Positions 1 through 10,862 of a stretch of 64,000 bases of DNA are shown piece after piece. Under the pieces are notes generated by a model. It worked only from the letters and a program-made list of their open reading frames with translations, had not been told where the DNA came from and did no database searches. Source of the stretch: Carpediemonas membranifera BICM (Eukaryota; Protista; Fornicata); assembly GCA_019828565.1 (NCBI GenBank), contig JAHDYR010000017.1, positions 124,001 to 188,000 on the forward strand, written 5' to 3'. The number at the start of each line of letters is the position of its first letter. Position 1 is the first letter of the stretch. Both the position numbers and the translations under genes were made by a program.

Positions 1-241
1 AGGGAAGCTCACTGGATGGGCAACTTAGTTTATTGATTTTTGAGGAGCACTAGCTTTTAAATCGTATTTTTCCTGTATGGAATCGAACGTCCACGGTGTG
101 GTGGGGCCGACCGGGCCCGTGCCAAGGTTAAGGTGTTTCGTTGGATCATTAAGAAGCATGGCATTGCATCGTCGCTCCCAGTCCTCTCCTGACATCAAGA
201 TTCAAGGCATTTCCCGGGGTGCATTTTTGCCTTGCCACATC

Positions 242-283
242 TGTGCTATGAAGGGTCAAACAATGTGTTTATACTGCGCAACA
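242..283 (+). repeat. left terminal hairpin unit of element 1 (42 bp)
   Basis: TGTGCTATGAAGGGTCAAACAATGTGTTTATACTGCGCAACA; central AAACA-atg-TGTTT stem; direct repeat of 1332-1371. Confidence 0.85.
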
Positions 284-478
284 CTGCCCTGTCTCCCTCC
301 TACTCACGTCTTAAGTCGGTAGGGAGATCGTCTTCTCCAGGGCTTCCACAAAGCGTCTTCTTCGTGGACGTCAGCACAGCTGCAAACATCACAATCGCTC
401 ACACGTCGTCTCATTGTCTTCTATTCCACATCCAATAATGCCGAGGCTCCGCCCGCGCCGGATCCTGATGCCCACCTC

Positions 479-1291
479 ATGGGGTTCGACCCGGGCGCGA
501 GGTCCATCGGAGGGTATTACATCAGGCACCCCGATGGCACCACCAGCTCCGGCGTCCTTCCAAAGTGCGGATACACTAAGACGCCAAGTTTCGGCTTTGA
601 TATGACGGCCGCGCCGTTCAAGAGCACAAGACTAGTGAGTATCAACAACTCTATTAGGTTTGTGCTGGACAACGCGAACGACATTTTCGAGGCTGGAATG
701 CGTAAGTCTTTCCGCCGAGTGCGCTTTGCGAACCACATCCTTCGCCAGAAGCACTTCGCCCGCTGCGGCCAACAGTTGGCTCGGGAGTTCGGTCGCCACC
801 ATCCCATCGCCACCCCCATTCGCCTGAAAGTCTTCTACGGGAGCTCGGGATTCACCACGCCTGCTGGTATGTTCATTCCTTGCGCGCCATATCGAAAGTT
901 CGCGAGAGAGATAGTACCCCTTCTCAAGGGGTATAACATTGTCGTCGATCTTAACATGGTTAACGAGGACCGCACCACCGTCGTCTGCCCTCACTGCCAC
1001 GCCCCCTACAAGCGAGTTCGTCCGCGTGATGACCAGCACGTTCACCCACATCGTGTGATGCTCTGCGAAAATCCACAGTGCCGTGGTGCTCAGTGGCGCG
1101 CAACAGTTCCTGATGCTCTGAATGTTGATCATCGGGACAAGAGTGCTGCAGAGAACATCCTGTGGCGTTCTCTTGCCACGGAAGATGAGCTCGGTGGCTC
1201 TCCATTCAGTCGCACCTCGATCCCGCGCCTTCCAACATCATTCCAGTATCATCAATTGGTTAACCGCCAACATTCATCTACGGACGGATGA
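479..1291 (+). CDS. Fanzor/TnpB-family RuvC nuclease, C-terminal half only (5'-truncated)
   Basis: RuvC-I GFDPG, RuvC-II VNEDRTT, Zn ribbon CPHC...CENPQC, RuvC-III HRDKSAAENI. Similarity to 12419-14143 extends upstream only to ~437 (NAEAPPAPD vs DAEATPAPD). In-frame stop at 320-322 with no upstream in-frame ATG. Confidence 0.88.
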   Translation: MGFDPGARSIGGYYIRHPDGTTSSGVLPKCGYTKTPSFGFDMTAAPFKSTRLVSINNSIRFVLDNANDIFEAGMRKSFRRVRFANHILRQKHFARCGQQLAREFGRHHPIATPIRLKVFYGSSGFTTPAGMFIPCAPYRKFAREIVPLLKGYNIVVDLNMVNEDRTTVVCPHCHAPYKRVRPRDDQHVHPHRVMLCENPQCRGAQWRATVPDALNVDHRDKSAAENILWRSLATEDELGGSPFSRTSIPRLPTSFQYHQLVNRQHSSTDG

Positions 1292-1331
1292 TGTTGTGCA
1301 GTTTGGCACTTTGATCGTTCCTTTCAGGCCC

Positions 1332-1371
1332 TGTCTGGGAGGTTCGAACAATGTGTTTATACTGCGCAACA
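1332..1371 (+). repeat. right terminal hairpin unit of element 1 (40 bp); candidate omegaRNA 3' end
   Basis: TGTCTGGGAGGTTCGAACAATGTGTTTATACTGCGCAACA, 40 nt after the Fanzor stop, followed by the TSD. Confidence 0.85.
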
Positions 1372-1379
1372 ACATCATC

Positions 1380-2589
1380 ATGCGCCTCGTAATCTGTGCA
1401 ATCTGCATCGCGGGTCTCGCTTTCGCAGCGGGTCTCGAAGACGCTCTTGTCTTTAACCCTTACTATTACATGTTCACGAATGCTGACCTGCTTCGTGACC
1501 ATATTAACAGCAAGGAGGCCGCTATTACTCACTGGAACGAGCACGGTGCTCGGGAATGCCGCAATGCTCACCCCACCTTCGACGTTGCGTCCTATTTCAA
1601 CATGAACCCCGACGTTGCCCGATCATGCAACAGACTGTGTGATTGCGGTGTGAGACATTTCATCACCAATGGCCACAGAGAGGGCAGACACACGTGGCAG
1701 CAGGGCAACAACGGGCGCTATACCATCTGGAATGCGGACAAGACTGTCACTGTGTCTACCGGCGGCCGTATGGCCGGTGCCATCGACTCCATCACCTACA
1801 AGGGCAGGGAGCTGCTCAACTCATACGACCATGGCAGAGAATGCCAGTACGCCATTACAGTCGGCTATGGCGAGTGCCTTAACCCTACCGAGGCTGGCAG
1901 CAGCAGCGACGGCCTTGCCGACACGACCACGAGCAAGCTCCTCGGCATCAGATGCGACGGCTCATCCCTCCAGACTACATCCCAGTCTGCTTTCTGTATG
2001 TTCCCAATCCCATCATTACACAGGGCTCCGTCCCGGCGAGCATGAGGCTCACCCCTCTGCTGCATGCACCGTCGCCCGGAACACCCAGGCGCTCTCGGAC
2101 TACAAGTTCTCCAAGAACGTGTTTACTGGGTACAAGGGCCATAACAACGTCATCGTCGTTGAAGGTCAGATCGACGTGCCACCTCATGCCGAGTTTGCCA
2201 ATCACTTCCTCCAGCTCGAAGCACCCACCCCCTACACCAACGGTGAACTGACCAGTTTCTACACCATCAATGTGCATACCGCCGCGATCGCCCCCTACAA
2301 GCCCAACCAGGGCGAGACTGGCACCACACCCACGATTGCCGCAACCCCTGATGGCAGTGCCGCGCTTTCCATCATCGCCCCTCAGTGCGGTCACGGTGTC
2401 GACCGCCACTTTGCCGCATGGTACTTCAACGAGGGCAGCGAGGCCGGTAACACGGGCAAGCTCGATGTTGTCTGCCGCTGGAACGATGCCAATGCTGGTG
2501 ACGTCTATCATACGACTGCCTATATCGTTGTGGGCACATTGGATGAGGTCCGCGGAACCATTCAGTCCATCGCATCCTGCTGCTTCTGA
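1380..2589 (+). CDS. secreted protein with two FD/FN-xx-YY...H...G-xx-E-x-R repeats and a bacterial-like DHGR/NPTEAG domain; intron 1996-2023
   Basis: Signal peptide MRLVICAICIAGLAFA. The 28-nt intron gtatgt...ttacacag joins ORFs 1122..2045 and 1669..2589 (F-W-L-R-P). Confidence 0.8.
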
Positions 2590-2729
2590 GTAAAGCTAAT
2601 AGTGCAGTCTTTCACAGCCTGCTCAATTCTATGGGTTCGGTAGATTTTTTGGACTTAATTCAGCACTGACCACAACCCGAGTAGATTTGAGATTTGATCC
2701 GAGTTTTTCGGCTTAACTTTCCATTCTCA

Positions 2730-3818
2730 ATGAAGCTCAGCGTATCTCTCGCTTTGATCGCGCTTGTCGCCGCATTTTCACTCACCGAGATCGGTACTAC
2801 CGGTATGTCCGACCGGTTTGGATTCTTCGGCCCAATTGTTGCCGCCGACGCCAAGACTGCTGTGATTCCCATCGGCCGGTGGGAGGATAAGGGCAACAAC
2901 AAGACTGTCATCAACGTTTACGGTGTCGGGGCCGATTCGAAGTGGTCTCTCATCAACAGCTTTGTCAACGACGAGCACGACATCGCCATCCCAGCCTTCC
3001 TCAGCGAGGACTTCCTTATCGCTGCCAGCGTCGCCCTCGGTACGCAGGACCCTGACGCCCACGTCGACATATACTCGCGCCACGGCAACGACTTTGCACC
3101 TTTCCAGGACATCGACCTCAAAGCTGGTATCTGCGCTTTCGTCGCCAACGCTGACCGTTTCATCGGCATTCACCTTGACAACACCATTTACGAGTACGTC
3201 CTGTCCAACGGCAAGTTCGTTCCTGGTGTGAGCAGCAAGGTCTCGTTCAGCTACCCTGCCCGTTCAGTCCAGATCCTCGCCGACGACATGCTCCTCGTCC
3301 AGTCAAACGCCACAGACGCCTACACCGTCGTTAAGAAGAATGGTTCCTGGGTGACTTCTGAGGTTCACTCCGTGCCTCCCGACTTTAACCTCGAGGACGG
3401 CGTCACCAACAAGTGCGGCTTCGGTCTTGGCGCCTTTACGAACACCAACGACGGCGCCCCCACGATGGTTATTTTCCGCCGTTCCGCCGACGTCCTCACC
3501 CACTTCAAGTACGTCATCAAGGCCCAGGACGTTCCCGGCATCTCGGTCGACGACATCTCTGATATCGATTATCGTGTCATGGATGCCAACACCATTCTCG
3601 TGCAGATCACCATCAGCACGTTCGACCCCAGCAAGGCCGTCTCCACTGGCCGACTCACGCTGACTCGTGACGAGGCCACTTGGTCCGCGGAGAAGTTCGA
3701 GAGCTCGGAAGTGCCAGTCAAGAACAGCTTCCTTACTAACGGTGGTGTTACCGAGAACGGCAACATTGTTGCTTTCGCCTTCAGCCAGACTGAGGCCTAC
3801 GCCTTCCTTGGCAAGTAA
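2730..3818 (+). CDS. secreted beta-rich hypothetical protein
   Basis: Signal peptide MKLSVSLALIALVAAFS, strong C/G third-position bias, 362 codons. Confidence 0.75.
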   Translation: MKLSVSLALIALVAAFSLTEIGTTGMSDRFGFFGPIVAADAKTAVIPIGRWEDKGNNKTVINVYGVGADSKWSLINSFVNDEHDIAIPAFLSEDFLIAASVALGTQDPDAHVDIYSRHGNDFAPFQDIDLKAGICAFVANADRFIGIHLDNTIYEYVLSNGKFVPGVSSKVSFSYPARSVQILADDMLLVQSNATDAYTVVKKNGSWVTSEVHSVPPDFNLEDGVTNKCGFGLGAFTNTNDGAPTMVIFRRSADVLTHFKYVIKAQDVPGISVDDISDIDYRVMDANTILVQITISTFDPSKAVSTGRLTLTRDEATWSAEKFESSEVPVKNSFLTNGGVTENGNIVAFAFSQTEAYAFLGK

Positions 3819-3871
3819 TTGTAAACTCAACTGTGATCGTCTGCTAACCGTACACTATTTTATAAACAAGC

Positions 3872-5131
3872 CTACAGGGGGAAGTACTCCTCGTCGTCCC
3901 TGAGCCCGTCCTCGTCGACAAGGAGTTCCCTCTCGTCTTCGGCCTGCAACCTCGCATTGTGCATATTGATTGCGGGCTTAGCCTTCACAAGGCCCAGCTG
4001 TATCCCAACCAAGGCCAGCATGTATATGACATCAGTGGAGGTCATGGCGAGGGTAACGAGCTTCTCCCTCCAGAACTGGGAGATGAACACACCGATGATG
4101 ACCCACACCACATGGCATAGGAACCAAAGGCTGAATACAGCAACGAATATGTACTTGTACTTCCAGCCATAAGTACGCTTGGAAATGAGCGCCAGGAATA
4201 TAAACAGACAGAGTGCGATTACCCGCAGTATAAGGTACAGGATTCCGGCAGGAGAGGCATAAGCATAGACGGAGGAGGTAGGGTCCATGCCATAGATCGA
4301 CCAGAGATACACAATGATCTGGGTGAAGAAGAGAACGATCAGAAAGACCGAGATGAGACCAATCGTAGCCACATCAGCTTTAGCCCTCTTCAGGGTGGGA
4401 CTGGCGACCATCAGGAACAGACAGGATATGAAGATGACTTGGCTCAGGATGTCCTGGATGTCGGACAGGAACCCTAGTGGGACAAAGGGGCGGCCTGTGA
4501 CCGAGAATATGATCCTGTCTCCGATGTCTGCTAGCAGTCCTCCGAGGTACAGGGCGGAGTTGACAAATAGTGCGATGATGTAGAGGGGGATGGAGCGGAG
4601 ATAGACGAACGAGAAGACAACTGCCCCGATCGCCATGCCGCAGAGAACAACAACGAAGAATATGGCAACAACGTCGATCTCTAGCAGGCCCTGTGCTTCA
4701 AAGGAGACTTCGCGGGTCCAGAAGGTTCCCGGGTTCTCGAAATGAAGGTCATATGTCAACTCGATGCCGCCGGAACAGTCCACCACGATCACATACCACC
4801 AGTGGGGCGAGCTAACGTCGATATCCACCTCAGTAGTACTGCTGGCGTCGAGCTGGAGCTCCGTATTGGCTGGGTCCAGCAGGTCCGTACACTTGGTCTT
4901 GGAATTCCAGACCGAATTCCAGCGCTCGTCGGTAATAACGACAAGCTTGTTGTGCCCAAAGATGTTGTGCGATGATATATCCGCTGAGAAATGTCCAGAG
5001 CCCTCTGTGAGTGAGCCAAAGGCGAATCTTGTCAAAAAGAGGTAATGAGCCTCAGCATCGACAATTGATCCTGACACACGCAACGCACATACATAAGATA
5101 TCAACAATAGCAGAAATACAGCAGTCTTCAT
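3872..5131 (-). CDS. GPR180/TMEM145-like 7TM protein
   Basis: Signal peptide; FLTRFAF, HWWYVIVVDC and NPG..W..E.SFE luminal motifs; ~7 TM segments; YAYASPAG; WREK. Confidence 0.8.
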   Translation of the reverse strand: MKTAVFLLLLISYVCALRVSGSIVDAEAHYLFLTRFAFGSLTEGSGHFSADISSHNIFGHNKLVVITDERWNSVWNSKTKCTDLLDPANTELQLDASSTTEVDIDVSSPHWWYVIVVDCSGGIELTYDLHFENPGTFWTREVSFEAQGLLEIDVVAIFFVVVLCGMAIGAVVFSFVYLRSIPLYIIALFVNSALYLGGLLADIGDRIIFSVTGRPFVPLGFLSDIQDILSQVIFISCLFLMVASPTLKRAKADVATIGLISVFLIVLFFTQIIVYLWSIYGMDPTSSVYAYASPAGILYLILRVIALCLFIFLALISKRTYGWKYKYIFVAVFSLWFLCHVVWVIIGVFISQFWREKLVTLAMTSTDVIYMLALVGIQLGLVKAKPAINMHNARLQAEDERELLVDEDGLRDDEEYFPL

Positions 5132-5296
5132 TGCTTATTCACTCTGCCTCTTCGTTCTTGGAAGGTCTGACTTGTCCACGAGTCGATGCAGATGAACTCA
5201 TGCCTAGGCCCCATGACCAGGCATGCTCTTATCGTCCACCCTTCTCTGCCCTCGGTTACAGCTTCTGTCGCTCGGCCCAGAGTTGGACGGGTCGAA

Positions 5297-5974
5297 ATGG
5301 ACGATAAGGCACCGCAATGCGCACTCTGCAAGCTGCTGGACACGAAGAATGGTGACGAACGTGTGTGCGTGATCTGTCTTGCTCCATTGGGCGCCGATAG
5401 TGCCACTCTTCGATGCTCCTGCCACTGCAATCTCCATGGGAGCTGTGCAAGGCAGGCGCTTGCACACAGACACCAATGTCCCATCTGCAGGGAACCTGTG
5501 TCGTCGTTCCTGCTCGACGGTAAGGTGCATGTGGTCTCCTTGGTCGAGGCCGCTGAGAGCACACCCCAGAGCTTCCAGCCCTCCTCGTTTTCGTTCGAGA
5601 GCATTATTCTCGACGCAGCCAACCTCAAGGACCGCGCAGTACGCTTCGCTCACCGTGTACGCCAAAACTCGCGGCGCCGCAGCTCGTTCGGGTCCACCAT
5701 CGCCGTGCGCGATCACCTCGAGGGTCTCGTGAGCCTCCTCGAAGACGCCAGCCAGACAATGCTGCTTCACGGTGAGCCGATAAGCGATGCAACGTACACG
5801 TCGCTGCTGCACGATACTCAGCTGCTCGCGGAGCTGATGGACGACCTCGAGTCTGACGCTGTGAGCGACGAGGCGGTGGCGCGCGTGCTGGGCGACCTGG
5901 ACGTACCCGTGGTGATATACGGGGACGAGGACGACGAGGAGGACTACGAGGACGAGTACGACCGCTACTACTGA
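5297..5974 (+). CDS. RING finger protein
   Basis: CVIC-x13-C..H...H..C...CPICR, acidic tail. Confidence 0.8.
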   Translation: MDDKAPQCALCKLLDTKNGDERVCVICLAPLGADSATLRCSCHCNLHGSCARQALAHRHQCPICREPVSSFLLDGKVHVVSLVEAAESTPQSFQPSSFSFESIILDAANLKDRAVRFAHRVRQNSRRRSSFGSTIAVRDHLEGLVSLLEDASQTMLLHGEPISDATYTSLLHDTQLLAELMDDLESDAVSDEAVARVLGDLDVPVVIYGDEDDEEDYEDEYDRYY

Positions 5975-6016
5975 CCCTGCTGCGCGAAATACACAGCCCC
6001 TCTAAAGTTTACTCTG

Positions 6017-7298
6017 TTACATGGCGGTGCAGCAGCCCTTCTCCTTGGGCGCCTTCTTTTCCTCGCCGACGGGGACGTAAGGCTTGGAGCTCAGGTCGTA
6101 CTTGGTGTCGCCGTGCTTGAAGCGGACGTACCCGACGTCGACGAGGTCAGGACAGTGCACCTTAAGGTCGGTCGGCGTCACCATCCATCCGTAGTCGTAG
6201 TCGTCGCGCAGCCAGCGCAGGAGCTCGGCAGGGTCGTTCTCGACCATGGCCTTGATGTCGTCCGACGTCATCTCGGGGTGCTGGGACTTGTACAGGTTGG
6301 CGGCGATGACGAGCACGGGGCCGTATACAGAGGGGTTCTTCGTGCGGTTGTCCGCGTCGACGGTCGCAGCAAGGCGCTCCTGGTTGGTGGGCTCGCCGGA
6401 GTCGCCCTTGATGATGTGGTGGGTGACCCAGTCGTAGATGCTGTGGAAGACGTCCTCGATCTTGTCCTCGGCCAGGTTGATGATGTGCTCGCCGAGCTCG
6501 AAGACAACGCGCGCAAGATCGCCCGCGAGGGAGGCATCGTGGGAGAGGTCGCTGATGAGGTAGTCTATGAACTTGATCGGCTGCTCGAGCGGGCTGGGGA
6601 TCACGTCGCGCTTCATGTTGGCGCAGACGCCGTCGACAACCTTCAGCTTGTAGCCGGGCTCCTTCTCAGAGGCCTCCTCGTAAACATGGTAGACGAAGGA
6701 GGAGCAGGTCAGCAGGCCACCCTCGGCGGCCTTCTTGGGCTCGGCGATGGCGAAGAAGGTCGAGTTCAGGAAGTGGGCGGCCATCTCCAGCAGCGTGATG
6801 ATGTCCAGCTGGAGGTCGATCTCGGGGGTGTAGTTCTTGAGCAGCAGCAGGACGGTGAGGGCGGCGAAGTCGGCGGTGTTGTACTGCGTGAGTTGGGGAG
6901 GGGCGACTGACCTTGTTGTTCTGCCTCACGTACTTGGCGCACAATTCCTTGACGGGCTGGAACGGGAGCGCATTGTCACCCATCAGACACTTGGGGCGGC
7001 GGACGTACCCGATTCTCCAGTCCTTCTTGTCGACAGTCATGCTGGCGTGGACGCCATACGACGTCTCTTCGCACACCATGGTGTCGTAGCCGTGATAGTC
7101 GGGGTGATCGGGGTCGAGGTTCGTATCGTAAACGATGGTGGCGTGGGAGCAGTCGGATTCGGTGAGACTCATGATGAGGAGATCGAGGAACTCCGCGGGG
7201 TTGCCCTTCCACAGAATGATGTCACCGGGTTGAATGTCCTTGGATTGGAGAAGGAGGGGGCCGGTCTCATCGTGCAGATCGTCGGGGAATTCGCCCAT
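6017..7298 (-). CDS. permuted papain-like NlpC/P60 (YiiX/YebB-like) amidase with C-terminal CaaX; intron 6884-6911
   Basis: IQPGDIIL, SHATIV (His), Y after the intron, LTCSSFVY (Cys). The 28-nt intron gtcagt...ctcacgcag joins two ORFs. Ends CCTAM. Confidence 0.75.
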
Positions 7299-7616
7299 AC
7301 TGGTTGTTCGGTTGAGTTTTGTCTGCTTTTGCGCGAAAAAAGATTGGGCCGATAGCACAGCGTATCTGGGCTCCGGGACGTGGCTTCCGTCTGCCCAATG
7401 TGTGCTGTGCGCATTTCTGCAGTTGGGTCTGAGAGGATAGGTCTACCGCCGAAACGCGTCAGGGCAGGCTGTTCTCGCCCAGACGCCCCCGCAGTCGACA
7501 TCCTAATGCTCTCTCATGCATACGGTGACTCTGAAAGTGACAGTCAAGCTTGATCAAAGTCGACTCAACTCCAAGTTTGAAACCCAGAATCACACCACAC
7601 GAGAATACACCAAACG

Positions 7617-8109
7617 ATGAGTGAACAGGATCTGAAGTTCATGCAGATTGCCCTTGATGAGGCCAAGGCCGGTATGGCCGAAGGAGGCATTCCCATCGGT
7701 GCATGCCTCGTCATTGACGGCGAAGTTCGCGGCCGCGGACACAACATGCGTGTCCAGAAGAATTCTCCCACTCTCCACGGCGAGATGTCAGCAATGGAGG
7801 ACGCTGGCCGCCTCAAGGCGTCCGAATACGCCCGCGCCACTATGTACACGACGCTCAGCCCTTGCGTCATGTGTTCGTCCGCCCACACCAACTCACACAG
7901 GCACAGGGACAATGCTGCTGTACGGAATCCCCCGTGTAGTGCTCGCTGAGAACGAGAACTTCATGGGGGCCGAGGAGCTGATGAAGACGTTCCCCGAGAA
8001 GCCCGTCGAGGTCGTCAACCTCGACCTTCCTGAGGCCAAGAAGATGATGGCTGACTGGATTGCTGCGAACCCAAAGATCTGGAACGAGGACATCGGCGTT
8101 GAGAACTAA
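7617..8109 (+). CDS. cytosine deaminase (yeast Fcy1-type Zn deaminase); intron 7873-7900
   Basis: EGGIPIGA, LHGE, TTLSPCVMC|TG, WNEDIG; 28-nt intron gttcgt...ctcacacag. Confidence 0.9.
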
Positions 8110-8270
8110 ATTCCTGTTGTATTTCTGAAGCCGTCCAAGATCAACGTTGAGTCGACCTGGGTTGACCTAGCTTGGCAAATGTGACAGACGAGGCTCGATC
8201 CTGTTGTATGACAGGCCTGGCGCCCAGTGTTACCGACTGCCATCATCCATCACGCCGCTCAACCGCAAAT

Positions 8271-10085
8271 TTAATTGTAGCCCTCATCGGGGTTGTGACG
8301 CACTGGCGTCCGCACCCGTGTTGACCGGCGTGACGGGGTCAAGGGGGTCTCGACCTTGGCACGACGCTTCCGGCCGGGGGTCTTGGGCTGCTTCTGGATC
8401 TTCTCGCGCTCCTCCTTGAGGGCAGCCTGCAGGGCCTGGGCGCCGGCGTCCTCGGCGACCTCCTTCTGGTATGTGTCGACGATGCCCACAGCAGACTTGG
8501 GCACCTGCTTCGCGGCGGCGGCCAGGACAAAGGCGCCGCGCCTGGAGAGGAAGAACTCGGCGTTCTCGGCGTTGATGGCTCCGACAACGGCACCGGCAAA
8601 CACGGTGGCGTTGGAGCACTCGCGCTTGCAGAGGCGCTGCATGGTGCGGTGCTGCTTGTGCTCAGTGTGCTGGCTGGTCTCCACCCACTTCTCCGCCAGC
8701 TTGCAGACCGCATCACTGCCGGCCGAAGCCAGTGCGGAGCAGAGCAGGTTGCCGGTGGTGATGTCGAGCTTCTCGGGGTTCGCGGCGAAGTACTCGAAGA
8801 CGGCTGTGGCGATGGACTCGATCGCCACCACGGGTCCGGTAATGGCCTCTTTCTGGGCGGGGGTGGGCCATGTCATCGCCTCGACAGTATCAGCGCCCTC
8901 CACGAGCAAGCCGAGCATGCGGGGGCCGGTGGGCGACGCGAGGACGGCAGCAACGCCGTTGGCGACAATCGCCTCAGCCACGTCAGCTGCAAACTGGGCG
9001 GATCTGCTGGCGAGGGCCATCAGCAGCGGCTGGGTCTTGGCATCACCGGCGATTGCGGGGGCGGTCTCCTTCACCGAGGCGAGCAGAGCCTTGGCGGCGG
9101 CCGGGTCAGCGTGGATGGCGAGGGTGCAGAGCAGGTGGCCGGCCTCCTTGTGGGTCATGATGTCGGCGGGCTTGGCGCGCGCAAGGATGTTGTCGAGGAG
9201 GAAAGTCGAGAAGTCGGCAGACTTGGCCTCCGCGACGACGGTGGCGGTGAAGAGGGCGGGGAAGTTCACCAGGAAGAGGTGGCGCTCCGTGATCATCTTG
9301 CTAGCCTTGCGACGGAACTTCAGCAGCGCCTTGTCGCGGTCATCGGCCTCGTCGAGTACATCCGCCAGAGTCTTGTCCTCAGGGATGCCGGTCGCCTCTG
9401 CGAACAGCTTCTTCTGCTGCTCAGGGTTGGCAGCAGAATAGATCGTGGCGAAGATCGGGCCACCGAACTGGGATGAAGCGACGTGAGCGGCAGATCCGGC
9501 GATGACGGCGGTGATGGAATCGACGGCCTCTTCTGGTCCGTGGGCGGCAAGGTAGCAGTACTTGAAGAGATCGCGGGCCACAGCGCAGCCGTTCTTGTCG
9601 ACAGCGAGGTGGACAAAGTGGGGCGTGAAGATCTTGGACATGCGGGCAAGCTGGGTCTCGTTGCCGCGTTTCATCATCAGCTTGATCACCTGGCTAGCCT
9701 TCTCGCTCATGGCAGCGGAGACGAGCTCCTCCTTGCGCTTGCTGAGAATGTCAACGATCTTCTCCTGGAGATCCTCGGGGGCCTTCTTGGACTTGAGAGC
9801 TACAAAGACCTCAGGCTTGGTGATGTCGAGGTGGCGAAGATCAATCTCAGGGATCTTTCCCTTCTGGCTGCGAGCACGCTTTCCATCCTCTCTCTGGATG
9901 GCCATGGGCCGCTTAGTGCGTTCAGCATCAGGACGACGATCACCAGCGGGTCTCGGGCGACGTTCACCATCAAAACGCCTGTTCCCGGCAGGCTTTCTAT
10001 CGCGGTCACCGCCACGGGGTCCGTTTGACCTGGGACCGCGGGTGAATGACTTCCGATCTCTCTGTTCTCTCTGGAATTCAGCCAT
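8271..10085 (-). CDS. Pumilio/ARM-repeat nucleolar protein (Puf6/PUM3-like)
   Basis: Basic RG-rich N-terminus; PUF-like helical repeats (ASQVIKLMMKRG, LAVDKNGCAV, SQFGG); RGAFVL near the C-terminus. Confidence 0.6.
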   Translation of the reverse strand: MAEFQREQRDRKSFTRGPRSNGPRGGDRDRKPAGNRRFDGERRPRPAGDRRPDAERTKRPMAIQREDGKRARSQKGKIPEIDLRHLDITKPEVFVALKSKKAPEDLQEKIVDILSKRKEELVSAAMSEKASQVIKLMMKRGNETQLARMSKIFTPHFVHLAVDKNGCAVARDLFKYCYLAAHGPEEAVDSITAVIAGSAAHVASSQFGGPIFATIYSAANPEQQKKLFAEATGIPEDKTLADVLDEADDRDKALLKFRRKASKMITERHLFLVNFPALFTATVVAEAKSADFSTFLLDNILARAKPADIMTHKEAGHLLCTLAIHADPAAAKALLASVKETAPAIAGDAKTQPLLMALASRSAQFAADVAEAIVANGVAAVLASPTGPRMLGLLVEGADTVEAMTWPTPAQKEAITGPVVAIESIATAVFEYFAANPEKLDITTGNLLCSALASAGSDAVCKLAEKWVETSQHTEHKQHRTMQRLCKRECSNATVFAGAVVGAINAENAEFFLSRRGAFVLAAAAKQVPKSAVGIVDTYQKEVAEDAGAQALQAALKEEREKIQKQPKTPGRKRRAKVETPLTPSRRSTRVRTPVRHNPDEGYN

Positions 10086-10862
10086 CGGGACTTCGACGGG
10101 TAAACTGCGCGGGGCTTTAAACTGCGGTATGAGTTACTGAAGTCTGCTATAGACGATTGAGAGTCTGTTTTCTGCTTGCACTGTGCACTCTATGATACTT
10201 CATTACCCCAGGGTGCTTCAGTGCTTCAGTGGCCGAACGGTTGTGGACGGCGAGTAGTTCTCTGTGCTGCACCCGTGAGTGTTAGTGGGCTCGGCAAATC
10301 AGTGAGTCATTAAACTGCACCACCCTCTCCATCCATGGGAGCTGTAGTGACTTTCTTTGGTGCTTTCCAACAGGATGAGAAGCTAAAGGACAAGCTGAGT
10401 TTTATAATTGCGAGTTTTGCCTGACAATTTGACAGGCAGTCGACCCTGTGGTCGACTATGCTGGCGTACCATGCTTGTTGAACCATGCGTACGTCAAGCC
10501 TCCTGTAACACGATGTACGGGAGAGCGAAGCCAGCCTCTTCCGGGTCGACCCGAGCAAGTTCCCAATACAAGGTCCTGGGTGATGTACCGTGTAGGGTTT
10601 AATGAAAGCAACGAACTTCCGCAGTTTAGGGTCACAGTGACAAACATTCGTGCATTGCCACTCATCGCTCTGCTCAGATCGACCCTGTCATGTCATACCA
10701 CAGCTTCTCCCCGCACCATGAGGTGTTTATATGTGTCTATTTAAGCTATGTGTGGCTTCTGTCACGTGCGAGACCAGTCCCGTACCAGACAAACTAAAAC
10801 TGCGTGATTCCTCACATCCTTGTCGACATATGCAAGGCTAAGGCACTCACCGCATTTGCCCG

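Larger units (their letters stand above)
242..1371 (+). mobile_element. Fanzor-carrying non-autonomous element 1 (internally deleted), TGT...ACA termini, 5-bp TSD ACATC
   Basis: ACATC at 237-241 and 1372-1376. Starts TGTGCT, ends CAACA. Terminal units 242-283 and 1332-1371 share 25 identical 3' nt (AACAATGTGTTTATACTGCGCAACA). Encloses a RuvC ORF. Confidence 0.88.

Noticed and set aside
10140-10860. Short ORFs in the gap between the Puf6-like gene and ORF 10863-12251
   Set aside because: No codon bias, motifs or frame-restoring introns seen.
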